Positions 18,003-28,248 of a DNA stretch of 32,000 nt are shown piece by piece. The notes under the pieces are model-generated. The model saw only the letters and a program-made list of their open reading frames with translations. It ran no database searches and was not told where the DNA came from. Source of the DNA: Candidatus Baldrarchaeota archaeon (GTDB taxonomy: Archaea; Asgardarchaeota; Baldrarchaeia; Baldrarchaeales; DXJG01); NCBI GenBank assembly GCA_019056805.1, contig DXJG01000009.1, forward strand, positions 93,710-125,709. The letters are read 5' to 3'. Each line of letters opens with the position of its first letter. Position 1 is the first letter of the stretch. A program made the position numbers and the translations under genes.

Positions 18003-18641
18003 ATGCTTTTTGAAAGGATATTTGTATTTCCTTTTCCAGAAATTGAATTATTTAAAAGATCCTACTTACAAAGAACTGCTCTATTAAAATTGAATTCAGC
18101 CGCGAGATGTCTCAACGCTGCTTTTTATCTGTCTCATAATATTAGAAGAGATACCCAAGTTTTTCTCCTATTTAAATTGGAGGATCTTGGACACCTCTGT
18201 ATTAATTTTGTCGGTAAAGATTTGAAACGTTTTCAACCAGATGAACATAGCATTCTCGGATTGATAAGAAATTCAATCATTAAATTTAGAAAGTATGAAA
18301 GAATCCGTAGAGAAATAGAAAAGAAATTTCAAGCTTATCCAGGAGTATTTGTACTTAAAATTTCCTTTTCAGAACTATTAAGTAATTTAATTGATGAAGA
18401 TTATCAAATTCTTTATTCGTCTGCCAAGGGAACTGATGTAAGAAAAATAAAATTTACACAAAAACTAGCATTTATTACAGCCAACAAAAATACATTGAAT
18501 GAAAAAGATTGGGAAATACTCCGTAAAAACGGAGTCGGTATCCATTTTGGTGATAAATTACCTAGAATAGATATTCAAGTTATCCTTCTTCACAACGAAC
18601 TTGACCGAGTAGAAACAAAATATCTATCCAATTCATTATGA
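18003..18641 (+). CDS. Degenerate TrmY-like SPOUT protein
   Basis: ARCLNAAFYLSHNIRRDTQVFL, FQPDEHSILGLIRNSI and terminal HNELDR align with TrmY; the GR(M/L)D and GDHxG motifs are missing. Confidence 0.7.
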   Translation: MLFERIFVFPFPEIELFKRSYLQRTALLKLNSAARCLNAAFYLSHNIRRDTQVFLLFKLEDLGHLCINFVGKDLKRFQPDEHSILGLIRNSIIKFRKYERIRREIEKKFQAYPGVFVLKISFSELLSNLIDEDYQILYSSAKGTDVRKIKFTQKLAFITANKNTLNEKDWEILRKNGVGIHFGDKLPRIDIQVILLHNELDRVETKYLSNSL

Positions 18642-19219
18642 ACTATAGCAATACAGTGACTCCCTAGCAGCGACCTAGGACCTACAGAAGCTTTTACAGC
18701 ACCTAATCTTTCTAATAGTAACTCGTCAGAATCATTTAATCCTATGTGATCCCCTAAAACAAAAACATGAACGGACTTCGCAGAAAATGTCATCTTTCTT
18801 ATATCTTTTCCCCTTTCATGTAAATATATTAAATGATAACCTTTTTCCGCGAAAAATTCAACTAAATCTTGAAAAGATGTTCGACTGACACTAATACCCG
18901 CTAAAACTTCTTCTTCGACACTACTTCTACAAGATTTCAAAGCTTCTCTTATCATCTTAGCTATAGATATTTCATCTGCTTCTAAACTTTCTACTTTTGA
19001 ACCATCTACTCTAATTATTTTAGGAGGAGTAGGTGGCCCTAGCAGAACCGCATAAAAAACAGTGTCTTTTCTCGGTTCATCATGGTAAAGTAAGGCTCTA
19101 CTTATGCAACGGCAAACTATATCCATACGCCCGCCAGTACTTGGTAGACCTTTCAAATGAAATTTATGATCTGTTCTAGCTTTATTGGCCTTCAATACAA
19201 ATATTCTCTTACCTTGCAC
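18590..19219 (-). CDS. trmY: tRNA (pseudouridine54-N1)-methyltransferase TrmY
   Basis: GGRMDIVCRC, LGPPTPPK, ADEISI, FVLGDHIGL, SVGPRSLLGSHCIAIVHNELDR. Start refined to the GTG at 19219 right after the pyrF stop (ORF open to 19249). Confidence 0.9.
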   Translation of the reverse strand: MQGKRIFVLKANKARTDHKFHLKGLPSTGGRMDIVCRCISRALLYHDEPRKDTVFYAVLLGPPTPPKIIRVDGSKVESLEADEISIAKMIREALKSCRSSVEEEVLAGISVSRTSFQDLVEFFAEKGYHLIYLHERGKDIRKMTFSAKSVHVFVLGDHIGLNDSDELLLERLGAVKASVGPRSLLGSHCIAIVHNELDRYFVSTRSSSL

Positions 19220-19220
19220 C

Positions 19221-20045
19221 CTATTTTTCTCCCAACGATCCGATAGCATAATTAATCATTTCCTTTATTTTCTTAGCAGTTTCAACCGGATTTGGCGAAT
19301 TTAAAATTGTCCTACCCACTATCGCATAATCAGTTCCAGATTTGAATGCTTCTTCAATCTTTCCTCCTTGGATACCAATTCCTGGAGAAAATATAGGAAC
19401 CTTTGTTCCAAGAATAGTCTTTACTTCTTTCACTATTTTTGGATATGTAGCCCCGACCACAACACCGTCTGCTTCCCATTTCAAAGCTTTTTCAGCAAAT
19501 ATAATATATTGAGCTACCTTTTTTCCTTCACTTGTTAAGACTAGTTGACCATATCCTTCTCGTGCAGCTAAATGACTCATATAAACCAGTAGTATAACAC
19601 CCTTGTCCTGTTTTCTAGCCTCTTCAAAAACTTTATTGAGACCGTCTTCCCAGCCAACAAAAGGATTTGCTATAACCGCGTCAAATCCCGCATTGAAAAA
19701 ATGTCGTGCTATCCATTGATTTGTATGCCCAACATCATTTATTTTACAATCCGCTATCAGCGGAAGTCCGTATTTTTCCACTCTGTCCACTATTTCCTGT
19801 AAATCATCAAAAAGCCCTAATGGAAGAACCAGTTGCATATTTATCTTTACAGCAGCAAGATGCTCCGCAACGCTTTCAAGAACTCTTAAAGATTTTTTGA
19901 GAAGTTGCTCCTTCTTCTCTTTCCATAAACCTCTTTCCGATCGTGAAAATACTTCCGAGTAGTCTAGAGCCAAAATAAGACGACTTTTATGCCTATTAGT
20001 AGCTTTTTCCAGCTTTAAAGAAAATTTATTACTATTCAAGTACAT
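19221..20045 (-). CDS. pyrF: Orotidine 5'-phosphate decarboxylase
   Basis: LILALD, AVKIN, catalytic DCKIND (DxKxxD), VVGAT, SPGIGIQGG and IVGRTI. Confidence 0.95.
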   Translation of the reverse strand: MYLNSNKFSLKLEKATNRHKSRLILALDYSEVFSRSERGLWKEKKEQLLKKSLRVLESVAEHLAAVKINMQLVLPLGLFDDLQEIVDRVEKYGLPLIADCKINDVGHTNQWIARHFFNAGFDAVIANPFVGWEDGLNKVFEEARKQDKGVILLVYMSHLAAREGYGQLVLTSEGKKVAQYIIFAEKALKWEADGVVVGATYPKIVKEVKTILGTKVPIFSPGIGIQGGKIEEAFKSGTDYAIVGRTILNSPNPVETAKKIKEMINYAIGSLGEK

Positions 20046-20116
20046 TACCTCGCCATTACAAGTTCAAAACTCTTATTTTTACCTAAGCTTATTTAAAATT
20101 ATAAGTATAAACCGTC

Positions 20117-21181
20117 GTGGAGGTTAATACTTTGTCTTTTTATCCAACTGGAAGTCCATTCTCAAGATTAATAGTGTTTTTATCAGCAATACTAACTCCA
20201 ATTTACTTCATACTTCTCATTTCATATTCTCCAGTAGAATTAAAATTTTTGGATGCTTTCTTCAAATATTTTGCTATGCCTCTAACCTTCAGCTTTCCAT
20301 GGCTTCTCTTCATATACATTAATAGAAATACGCTGGTCGCAACCTTAGACGAAATAAAATCTGCAACTTCAATCATACCTTTAAGATGGAAAATATTTTA
20401 TGGAATTAACGCGTTATTTATCCTCCTCTTCTTTGTTCTCCCTCTTGTTTCTCCTCCTCTTGCAGTATTTACAGCAATAGTCCTCGCTGTTAGAATTACA
20501 CGAAAATCAAAATTTACGTTAGAAGGAAGCGAAAAAACTCCATTCCTTTTAAGTTTCATTCTATCAATAATTTTTGCCATCATTCCAGCATATTTCTTAT
20601 TACTTTTCTTACCTGCCTACTCAACAGTATTTTTCTGGACATTAAACATTTGGTGGAACAATGTATTTCTACTCTACGATCTATCAATCTGGATAGTCAA
20701 CTCTTTAGCCATAGGATCCTTAATATGGTTAATTTATACAGGCGCCGCTGAATATGAAGAAAGAATATATGGATGGAGAAAAACTCAAGCCCCGGCAAAC
20801 CTAATTAGATTAATCCAATTTTTATTCTTCCTATTTTTAGCTTTCATCGGCCTACCTAAATACTCATGGATCCAAAAAATCTATGAACACTACTCTTTAC
20901 CAGTTTTTGATGGAGCCGAACAATTTCTCTCAACAGTTAACATTACCTGTCTTATCATAGTTAGTTTTGTAATTCTAATATCTTTAGTTAGAGGACTAAA
21001 AAAGATAGAATATAGAGGATCTTTCATTGGCTATCTTTTTGCCGCTGGATTCCTAATTATCGATGTTTTTTGGAGGTTCAATAAACATCTAATAACCCTC
21101 TCAATAATCTCAGCCTCAATAATGTTTTTCTTAATTTTCATATATTGTTTCACCAGTGTTAAGCGAGAAGTCGAGGGATGA
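20117..21181 (+). CDS. Multi-pass membrane protein of unknown function
   Basis: 354-aa ORF with many hydrophobic segments; ATGA overlap with the next gene. Confidence 0.75.
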   Translation: MEVNTLSFYPTGSPFSRLIVFLSAILTPIYFILLISYSPVELKFLDAFFKYFAMPLTFSFPWLLFIYINRNTLVATLDEIKSATSIIPLRWKIFYGINALFILLFFVLPLVSPPLAVFTAIVLAVRITRKSKFTLEGSEKTPFLLSFILSIIFAIIPAYFLLLFLPAYSTVFFWTLNIWWNNVFLLYDLSIWIVNSLAIGSLIWLIYTGAAEYEERIYGWRKTQAPANLIRLIQFLFFLFLAFIGLPKYSWIQKIYEHYSLPVFDGAEQFLSTVNITCLIIVSFVILISLVRGLKKIEYRGSFIGYLFAAGFLIIDVFWRFNKHLITLSIISASIMFFLIFIYCFTSVKREVEG

Positions 21182-21864
21182 CAACGATGATTGTTTGGAG
21201 CGAAGAAGTAAGAAAAAGAATTCCAGACCTGCATCTTACTTTAGGAATCGTAAAAAATGTAAAAGTAGGACCTTCAACAAAAAGAAACCAAGAAATATAT
21301 AATTGTATTGTCTCTATGATTAGAGAAAACTATGACCTCGAAAATTTGAAAAATGACCCGGTTATACGCGCTTATAGGGATTTCTACTGGCATTATCTCA
21401 AGATTGATCCCACAAAGGTCAGGCCTGCCGGAGAAGCTTTAATCAGACGCATATTAAGCGGTAAATCTGTACCCAGTATATCAAATGTTGTGGATGCATA
21501 CAATGCAGCCAGTATTGAAACAAAAATATCTCTTGGCGCGTATGACTATGATTTGCTAAAGTTTCCATTACATGTTAGATTTGCGAAAAGTGGAGAAAAA
21601 TTTAAACCAATAGGTAAAAGCGAAACTCAACTTGCTGGCAAAGAACTCGTAGTTGCTGACGAAGAAAAGATAATTTGCCTATATCCTCACAGAGATTCAG
21701 AAAAAACGAAAGTAGATTCTAATACACGTAATGTACTTATCCTAGGTTACGGTGTACCAAACTTGGATAGTGAAGTCGTTTTTAATGCAGTAAAAATAGC
21801 TTGCAATTACATCTTGGAAGTTGCAGGAGGAAACATAGAAAGGATAGAAAAATACGTAATTTAA
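21178..21864 (+). CDS. B3/B4-domain protein (PheRS-beta editing-like, COG3382 type)
   Basis: IRAYRDFYW...DPTKVRPAGEALIRR, SISNVVDAYNAAS, GAYDYD, GEKFKPIG and RDSEKTKV. Confidence 0.9.
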   Translation: MTTMIVWSEEVRKRIPDLHLTLGIVKNVKVGPSTKRNQEIYNCIVSMIRENYDLENLKNDPVIRAYRDFYWHYLKIDPTKVRPAGEALIRRILSGKSVPSISNVVDAYNAASIETKISLGAYDYDLLKFPLHVRFAKSGEKFKPIGKSETQLAGKELVVADEEKIICLYPHRDSEKTKVDSNTRNVLILGYGVPNLDSEVVFNAVKIACNYILEVAGGNIERIEKYVI

Positions 21865-22050
21865 AGCTGTTAACTCAGTACACTAAACAACATCATTTTT
21901 ATCATCAATATTTTCTACTTCTTCTGCTACCTTAATGTTAAAACTTTATGTACTAGTAATCCATAATTATGATAGACAACCGTAGTTAATTTAATATTAA
22001 TGAGCATTTACTCTAGTGCTTGAAAATCACTCAAAAATGGAGAGGTAATT

Positions 22051-22410
22051 ATGACCCAGATAAAACCAGCATTAACACTTAAAGTTAAAGATCTAAAGAA
22101 TTTAGTGAGATTATTAATAACATGGACAGCGGGTGTCATTAGGGAGAGAACAACTAACGTACTATACTTTAAACAAGGCAACAAACACATCTATGGAGCA
22201 TTTACGATATCTCTCGGTTACTATGAATTAAGAGGACTTCCACTCTTCATCTGGACAGAAGGCGACGCGCCAGCAGGAGGATTTATAAAATATCGAAGCC
22301 AACCAACCGAAGAAATAGACTTCAGCGATAATACTGACGATCCAAAATATCAATACTTACCAATAATATCCCTATCAGAACCACCACCATTCGTCAAAAT
22401 AGAAGAATAA
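22051..22410 (+). CDS. Conserved archaeal hypothetical protein
   Basis: GGAGAGG SD and a clean ORF (LKVKDLKNLVRL...GYYELRGLP...LPIISLSEPP) resembling small uncharacterised Thermoproteota-type proteins (recollection only). Confidence 0.7.
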   Translation: MTQIKPALTLKVKDLKNLVRLLITWTAGVIRERTTNVLYFKQGNKHIYGAFTISLGYYELRGLPLFIWTEGDAPAGGFIKYRSQPTEEIDFSDNTDDPKYQYLPIISLSEPPPFVKIEE

Positions 22411-22479
22411 CCATTTTCTTCCTTTTATAAACAAAAGACCCAAAAAATCACTGTTTTTCAAAGATATTTAATATTGAAA

Positions 22480-22634
<155 letters not shown>

Positions 22635-22833
22635 ACTTAAACTTACTTACTATCATAGTAGCTACTACATAAGGAGGAGGGTTATGTATTTAATATTTTC
22701 TCTACCTATCTATCTCAAACATGTAATTAATCAATTTAAGGTTGAGTAATGTATTGACCTTGGTTTAAGAAGCTATATTGAATATTAGGCATTTTCGGTA
22801 AGATTTTCGTGCTGTTGATGGTGGTGAATTAGT

Positions 22834-23580
22834 TTGTCAAACATTAGGAAATCTGTAAAATCTGCTTTTGATGAGATAGCAGAAAGTTACGATAGACTTC
22901 GAGGGAGGCCTTGGAAGGTTTTTGTAGACTTTGTTAAACGTGAGAATTTTTTCGGCGGATTATTAAAAGGGTCACTTATGCTAGATGCTGGATGTGGTAA
23001 CGGTAGACATACCGTGTTTTGTGCTAATTTAGGCTTTAGAGTTATTGGTATCGACATATCTTCTAAACTCTTAAAAATAGCGAAACAAAAAGTTGTCAAA
23101 TCTAATTTATCTAGAAATGTTGCTTTGGTTATTAGCGATATTCTCTTTCTACCTTTTAAAACAAATATTTTCAAAAAAGCAATTTTCATAGCTTCCTTAC
23201 ATCATATACCATCTTCAAACCAAAGATTGCAATGTCTACTAGAACTAAAAAGAGTTTTAACTAAAGATTGTGAAGCTTTAATCACCGTATGGAGAAGATG
23301 GCAAGCCAGCTTTATAGGATATTTCTTAAAAGACTTCTTTAAAAGAGTTTTTAGATGTAGCAACGGTGAATTCGGAGATATCTATGTTTCATGGAAAATC
23401 GGCAACAAAGAAGTTCAACGATTCTATCATCTTTTTACCAAAAGAGAACTTCTGAAGCTATTAAATAAATCTAATTTCTCCATTAAAAAAATCAGTAGCG
23501 AAGATATTGAAAAGATCAGAATTAAAAGAAATTTTTTCGTTATAGTTAAAAAAATAACTAGTCGTAGAGTTACTAATTAG
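22834..23580 (+). CDS. Class I SAM-dependent methyltransferase, Trm9/ALKBH8-like
   Basis: FDEIAESY...RPW, LDAGCGNGR, ASLHHIPS..QRLQCLLELKRVL, ALITVW and QRFYHLFTKREL match Trm9-type features; GGTGGTGA SD before the TTG start. Confidence 0.75.
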   Translation: MSNIRKSVKSAFDEIAESYDRLRGRPWKVFVDFVKRENFFGGLLKGSLMLDAGCGNGRHTVFCANLGFRVIGIDISSKLLKIAKQKVVKSNLSRNVALVISDILFLPFKTNIFKKAIFIASLHHIPSSNQRLQCLLELKRVLTKDCEALITVWRRWQASFIGYFLKDFFKRVFRCSNGEFGDIYVSWKIGNKEVQRFYHLFTKRELLKLLNKSNFSIKKISSEDIEKIRIKRNFFVIVKKITSRRVTN

Positions 23581-23683
23581 ACCAAACCATATCATAACCA
23601 TTTTAACATTAATATCGTTTATTCGTTACAAATGCTTATGAAATAAATAATTATATTGCTACAGAGTTATAGGTAAAATTGAG

Positions 23684-26299
23684 ATGGTGCAGATAATAAT
23701 GGAAAAACCTTGGATCAGAGAGACTTTACTCTACGAGAGCTTAGAAAACGGAAAAGTTAGATGTAAAGTTTGCGAAAGAAGATGCATAATAAGCGAAGGA
23801 AAGACGGGATTCTGTAAAACTCGAAAAAACATAGATGGAAAACTATACACCCTTGTCTACGGAGACATATCTTCAATAAGCGCCAACCCCATAGAAAAGA
23901 AGCCTCTATTTCATTTCTGGCCAGGATCAGTCGCTCTAACCGTAGGCACATGGAGCTGCAACTTCACCTGCCCATGGTGTGTTTCACCAGACACCTATGT
24001 GATTAAAAATGAACATGACATAGAAATGATGGGATCTTTAGAAAATTGTTGGAAACATACAAAACTGTTTTCTTATGATGTTTTTTCTAAGAAAATTGTC
24101 AAAGCAGGGATTTTAAATTATTTTAAAATAAATCCATTAATTTTAGGTTTGAAGGTCTACAGAATAGAGACAGAGTGTGGAAGACAGCTAATTGCATCGG
24201 AAGACCATCCCATCTATACCAAGAGAGGTATCCTACCATTGAGAGACGTAAAGATTGGTGACGAAGTTATAATTTATCCCTTCTATCCACTTAAAAATGA
24301 TGCACTCAAAGAAGACTTTACAATAGTTAATGAGAAAGACGTAGAAAAAATAATAAATATCTATCTTCCAAGATCAAACAAAGAATTCATAATTTCAACA
24401 CTACGCAGAAAAGGACTTTTGCCATTAAAAATTTCTAACCCAAAGATTAAGATAATTGCAAGGATACTCGGCTTTTTATTTGGCGACGGATACATTTCAT
24501 TAAGTAAGACTAAAAAGCGAGACAATGCTTATGCTGCCTTTAATGGAAGGACAGAAGATTTATTGAAAATTAAAGAGGATATGACTTTACTTGGATTTAG
24601 TACAGCAAAAATAATCAAGCGAAGAAAAATTTCCAAAGTATATAGGTATGGAGAACTTCACATTATAAATGGTTTTGAAACACGTCTTGATTGTTATTCT
24701 AAGGTGTTTTGCGTTTTAATGATATCCTTGGGGGCCCCTATAGGGGATAAATCCGTTAAACCGTTTAGGATACCAAAGTGGTTATTCAAATCGCCCAAAG
24801 ACGTACAAAGGGAGTTTCTGGCTGCGTACTTCGGCTGCGAATTAGCAAAGCCCCTTGTGAACAAAAGTGGTAAAAACTTTTTCCAACCGAGACTTTCTAT
24901 AAATAAATCAATTGAGTACTTAGATAATGCTTTTGAATTCGTTAGAGATCTAGAAAAACTTTTATCCAATTTCCAAGTAAAAATAAGTTCTATCAATTTT
25001 CACGAGGGAAGCGTTAGAAAGAAGGACGGTATCAAAACAATTACGGTATATGTCCTTTTCAGCAACAAACTTGAAAATCTTATAAACCTCTACGGCAAAA
25101 TCGGATATAGATATTGCAAGGAAAGAGAAGTATTATCAAGATACGTGTTAGAATATCTTCTATTTAAAAAGAAAGAAATAGAAAACAGAAAAAAAGCCTA
25201 TAAATTAGCTGTTTTACTTAAGAAAAAGGGATTCAAACTAAAGGAAATACATGAGAAAGTACACGAACAGGTAAACATAGAAAATTTAGTACTATGGCTT
25301 AATAAAGATATAGACCCAAATAAAATTAAGGGAAGAAAAACGTCTCAAAAGTTTAGTGAATGGCTAAATCAACGAAATAAAGATCTCCCTGAGGGATTAC
25401 TATGGGAAAAAATTGAGGAAAAGGAGGAGATAAGGAACGTTACAGACCTAAGAGATCTTACAGTCGAAAAATATCATAACTTTTTTGCAAACGGATTTTT
25501 AGTTTCTAATTGCCAGAACTGGGAAATAAGTAAGGCTCCTCCTGATCCTGAAAAAGCTAATTATATTTCCCCTGAAAAATTTGTTGAGATGGTTGGTAAA
25601 TATAAGTGTCAAGGCACAAGCATTTCTTTTAATGAGCCTACTTTGCTTTTCGAGTGGAGTTTGGATGTTTTTAAACTTGCTAGGGAGAAGGGATTTTATA
25701 ATACCTTTGTTACGAATGGCTATATGACTTTGGACGCTTTAAAAATGCTTATTGAAGCTGGATTGGATGCTCTTAACATAGATATTAAAGGTTGTAAAGA
25801 TGAGGTATCGCATTTTTGTGGTGCAAACGTTGAGTATGTTTGGCGTAATTGCATTGAAGCTAAACGTTTAGGCGCTCACATCGAAATCACTACATTAATT
25901 GTAACAGATGTTAACGATGACTTAGAATGTCTCCGCAACATTGCTCAGCGAATAGTCAAGGAACTAGGTGAAAATACACCTTGGCACGTAACTAGATACT
26001 ATCCAGCATACAAATATCATGCTCCTCCACCTAAAGTAGAATTTCTTGAAGAAGTTAGGAAGATAGGTATAGAAGAAGGATTGAATTATGTTTATTTAGG
26101 TAATGTGCCAGGACATCCTTGGGAAAACACGTATTGTCCCAACTGCGGTGAACTTTTAATTAAAAGGTACATTTTCGATGTTGTTAATTTCAATTTAACA
26201 GAGAAAAACGAATGTCCAAAATGTGGAGAAAAAATCCCCATTGTTGGAAAATACGTTAAAAGAGGGCTTCTTGACAGATTTAGACAATTTTTAATGTAA
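23684..26299 (+). CDS. amrS: AmmeMemoRadiSam system radical SAM enzyme (PflX-like) containing an intein
   Basis: VRCKVCERRC...GFCKTRKN, NPIEKKPLFHF, CNFTCPW[intein]CQNWEIS, FNEPT, TNGY, NIDIKG, YLGNVPG and TYCPNCG...CPKCG. Spliced product about 360 aa. Confidence 0.92.
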   Translation: MVQIIMEKPWIRETLLYESLENGKVRCKVCERRCIISEGKTGFCKTRKNIDGKLYTLVYGDISSISANPIEKKPLFHFWPGSVALTVGTWSCNFTCPWCVSPDTYVIKNEHDIEMMGSLENCWKHTKLFSYDVFSKKIVKAGILNYFKINPLILGLKVYRIETECGRQLIASEDHPIYTKRGILPLRDVKIGDEVIIYPFYPLKNDALKEDFTIVNEKDVEKIINIYLPRSNKEFIISTLRRKGLLPLKISNPKIKIIARILGFLFGDGYISLSKTKKRDNAYAAFNGRTEDLLKIKEDMTLLGFSTAKIIKRRKISKVYRYGELHIINGFETRLDCYSKVFCVLMISLGAPIGDKSVKPFRIPKWLFKSPKDVQREFLAAYFGCELAKPLVNKSGKNFFQPRLSINKSIEYLDNAFEFVRDLEKLLSNFQVKISSINFHEGSVRKKDGIKTITVYVLFSNKLENLINLYGKIGYRYCKEREVLSRYVLEYLLFKKKEIENRKKAYKLAVLLKKKGFKLKEIHEKVHEQVNIENLVLWLNKDIDPNKIKGRKTSQKFSEWLNQRNKDLPEGLLWEKIEEKEEIRNVTDLRDLTVEKYHNFFANGFLVSNCQNWEISKAPPDPEKANYISPEKFVEMVGKYKCQGTSISFNEPTLLFEWSLDVFKLAREKGFYNTFVTNGYMTLDALKMLIEAGLDALNIDIKGCKDEVSHFCGANVEYVWRNCIEAKRLGAHIEITTLIVTDVNDDLECLRNIAQRIVKELGENTPWHVTRYYPAYKYHAPPPKVEFLEEVRKIGIEEGLNYVYLGNVPGHPWENTYCPNCGELLIKRYIFDVVNFNLTEKNECPKCGEKIPIVGKYVKRGLLDRFRQFLM
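23978..25510 (+). mobile_element. Intein (511 aa) with LAGLIDADG homing endonuclease domain
   Basis: Block A CVSPDT, block B ASEDHPI, block C ILGFLFGDG, degenerate block E FLAAYFGCEL, block F DLTVEKYHNFFANG, terminus VSN followed by Cys+1. Removal restores CNFTCPWCQN. Confidence 0.95.
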
Positions 26300-26317
26300 T
26301 TTCAAACAGGTGGTTAC

Positions 26318-27094
26318 ATGTCTTCAAAAAATATTGTAGATGAAGGTGACTTAATACTCTTAGTATTTGATGAGAAGAGAAGATGGTTAGTCAAAGTTGA
26401 AAAAGACAAAGAATTTCATACACATAAAGGCGTAATCAAACTAAATGATGTGATAGGTAAAACTTACGGAAGTAGTGTGAAAAGTAGCACTGGGGCAAAA
26501 TTTCGAGTTTTTAAACCGCTCCCTAGAGATTACATCTTAAAAATGAGAAGGATAACCCAAATTATTTACCCCAAAGATATAGGTTTAATTCTCCTCTACT
26601 CAGGTATCGGTCCAGGTTGGAAAGTCGTTGAAGCTGGAACTGGCAGCGGAGCTTTAACAGTAGTTCTCGCTTACTACGTTCGTCCTGACGGTCATATCTA
26701 CACATATGAAGTTAGAGAGGAATTTCAAAAGTTAGCTATAAAAAACATAAAAAATGCAGCCCTAGAAAAGTACGTAACTTTCAAACTAAAAGATATAAGT
26801 GAAGGGATAGATGAAAGAAATGTGGATGCGGTTATTTTAGACATGGCAACCCCTTGGCTTGTCGTTCCACACGCATATGAAGCTTTAAAGGAAGGAGGAA
26901 GCTTCGTATCCTACTCACCAACAATAGAACAAGTCCAAAAAACGGTTTTCTCACTTTTAAAGACAGGATTTTTCGATATCATAACAATAGAATGCTTCAC
27001 AAGAAGAATATTAGTTAGAGAAGGAAAAACAAGACCAGCAACATCTATGATAAGTCACACAGGATACCTTACCTTTGCAAGAAAAATAACCTAG
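26318..27094 (+). CDS. trmI: tRNA (adenine57/58-N1)-methyltransferase TrmI/Trm61
   Basis: FHTHKG, TQIIYPKDIG, VVEAGTGSGALT, YEVREEF, ILDMATPW, YSPTIEQV and SHTGYLTFARK. Confidence 0.96.
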   Translation: MSSKNIVDEGDLILLVFDEKRRWLVKVEKDKEFHTHKGVIKLNDVIGKTYGSSVKSSTGAKFRVFKPLPRDYILKMRRITQIIYPKDIGLILLYSGIGPGWKVVEAGTGSGALTVVLAYYVRPDGHIYTYEVREEFQKLAIKNIKNAALEKYVTFKLKDISEGIDERNVDAVILDMATPWLVVPHAYEALKEGGSFVSYSPTIEQVQKTVFSLLKTGFFDIITIECFTRRILVREGKTRPATSMISHTGYLTFARKIT

Positions 27095-27126
27095 TAGTTA
27101 AATAGTTAAAAAAATCTTTACAGGAT

Positions 27127-27765
27127 TTAAAGAAAATGTAAAATAAAACTTATGATCGCAGTTATAAAACCTGCAAAAAGCATTTTGATGCCTGAAACCA
27201 TTATGTTTTCCTTGGACACCGCACCCAAAAATACACCTAAGAGAAAAAGCATGATAAATATTAAAGCTATTGAAATGAAAGCTGCAGATGCCACTGGAAT
27301 TATGCCAATATAAGCGAGTATAAGAGGAATTAATGAAATAAAAGCTGAAAGCATAGGCGCTAAACTATCAATAAGAGCTGCCATTATTATAGCAAAACGA
27401 TAAGCCTTCCCATATATACTATCTTCTAAACTCTTTAGCATAGCTCCTTCTAACTGCTTCAATTCCCGCGCTCTTTCCGCACTCTCTGCCATATAGGCAC
27501 CAAAAAAACCTGATACGCCCATAGCAAAACTTCCACCTACACCAGCACCAATTATAACCTTTAGAGAATCATAAGTAATAATTTCATGCATCATTAACGC
27601 GCCCATTATAACTCCAAGCATCGTTAATGCTCCATCAAAAGCATTCATTACAAAATACCTTCTAGCTATTTCACCTAAACCACTAATCTCAATATATGTC
27701 TTGAAACGTTCTATAGTTTTCCCAAAAAATTCTCTTATGCTCTTTAAAGAAAATATACGTTTCAT
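27127..27765 (-). CDS. VIT1/CCC1-family membrane protein (Fe/Mn exporter-like)
   Basis: RRYFVMNAFDG, GVSGFFGAYMAESAE and several TM helices. Confidence 0.8.
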   Translation of the reverse strand: MKRIFSLKSIREFFGKTIERFKTYIEISGLGEIARRYFVMNAFDGALTMLGVIMGALMMHEIITYDSLKVIIGAGVGGSFAMGVSGFFGAYMAESAERARELKQLEGAMLKSLEDSIYGKAYRFAIIMAALIDSLAPMLSAFISLIPLILAYIGIIPVASAAFISIALIFIMLFLLGVFLGAVSKENIMVSGIKMLFAGFITAIISFILHFL

Positions 27766-28248
27766 GTTTCATAAACACCATTTATAACTGCATAATTTTC
27801 TTTCGATATTTATGAAATTTAGGCTTTAAATATTAATATGGCCATTCTATTTTCATCTTTCAAGGTATCTTGTAAAGACACTCATATAACTTTTATCTCA
27901 TAATTTATCTTTAAACTCTTCGGAAAAACTACATAAATTTGTCTTCATACTTTTTAAAACTATTATTTTTCCATTTTTCTATATCATTCTGTTTAAAGGA
28001 CTTAGCAAGGCGTCTTTTTTTCTTTTATACCGTTGGACAGTATAGTTTTACCTTCTCATACAAATCTATTTGATTTAACAATCTCTTAAGCAATTACATG
28101 CAGAAGCATTCTTAATTAGGGTTACTCTGTACTCACTCAGCATAAAATTAAAATATAACAAGAAAATATTATTAGGTGCTCCGCTGTAAAGCTTGTTAAG
28201 AAGCATTTAACCACGTAAATAAAGAAAATAAGGCGGTGGAACAGAGCT

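Noticed and set aside
21874-21908. Fourth C/D sRNA on the minus strand (UUGAUGA...AUGAUGU...CUGA)
   Set aside because: Only 5 nt between the C-like boxes, no D-prime box, no terminal stem and AT-rich guides; likely chance or a remnant of coding sequence.
27766-28248. Small gene or ncRNA in the long VIT1-atpI spacer
   Set aside because: Only very short ORFs without SD support and no GC-rich structure; most simply a divergent promoter region.
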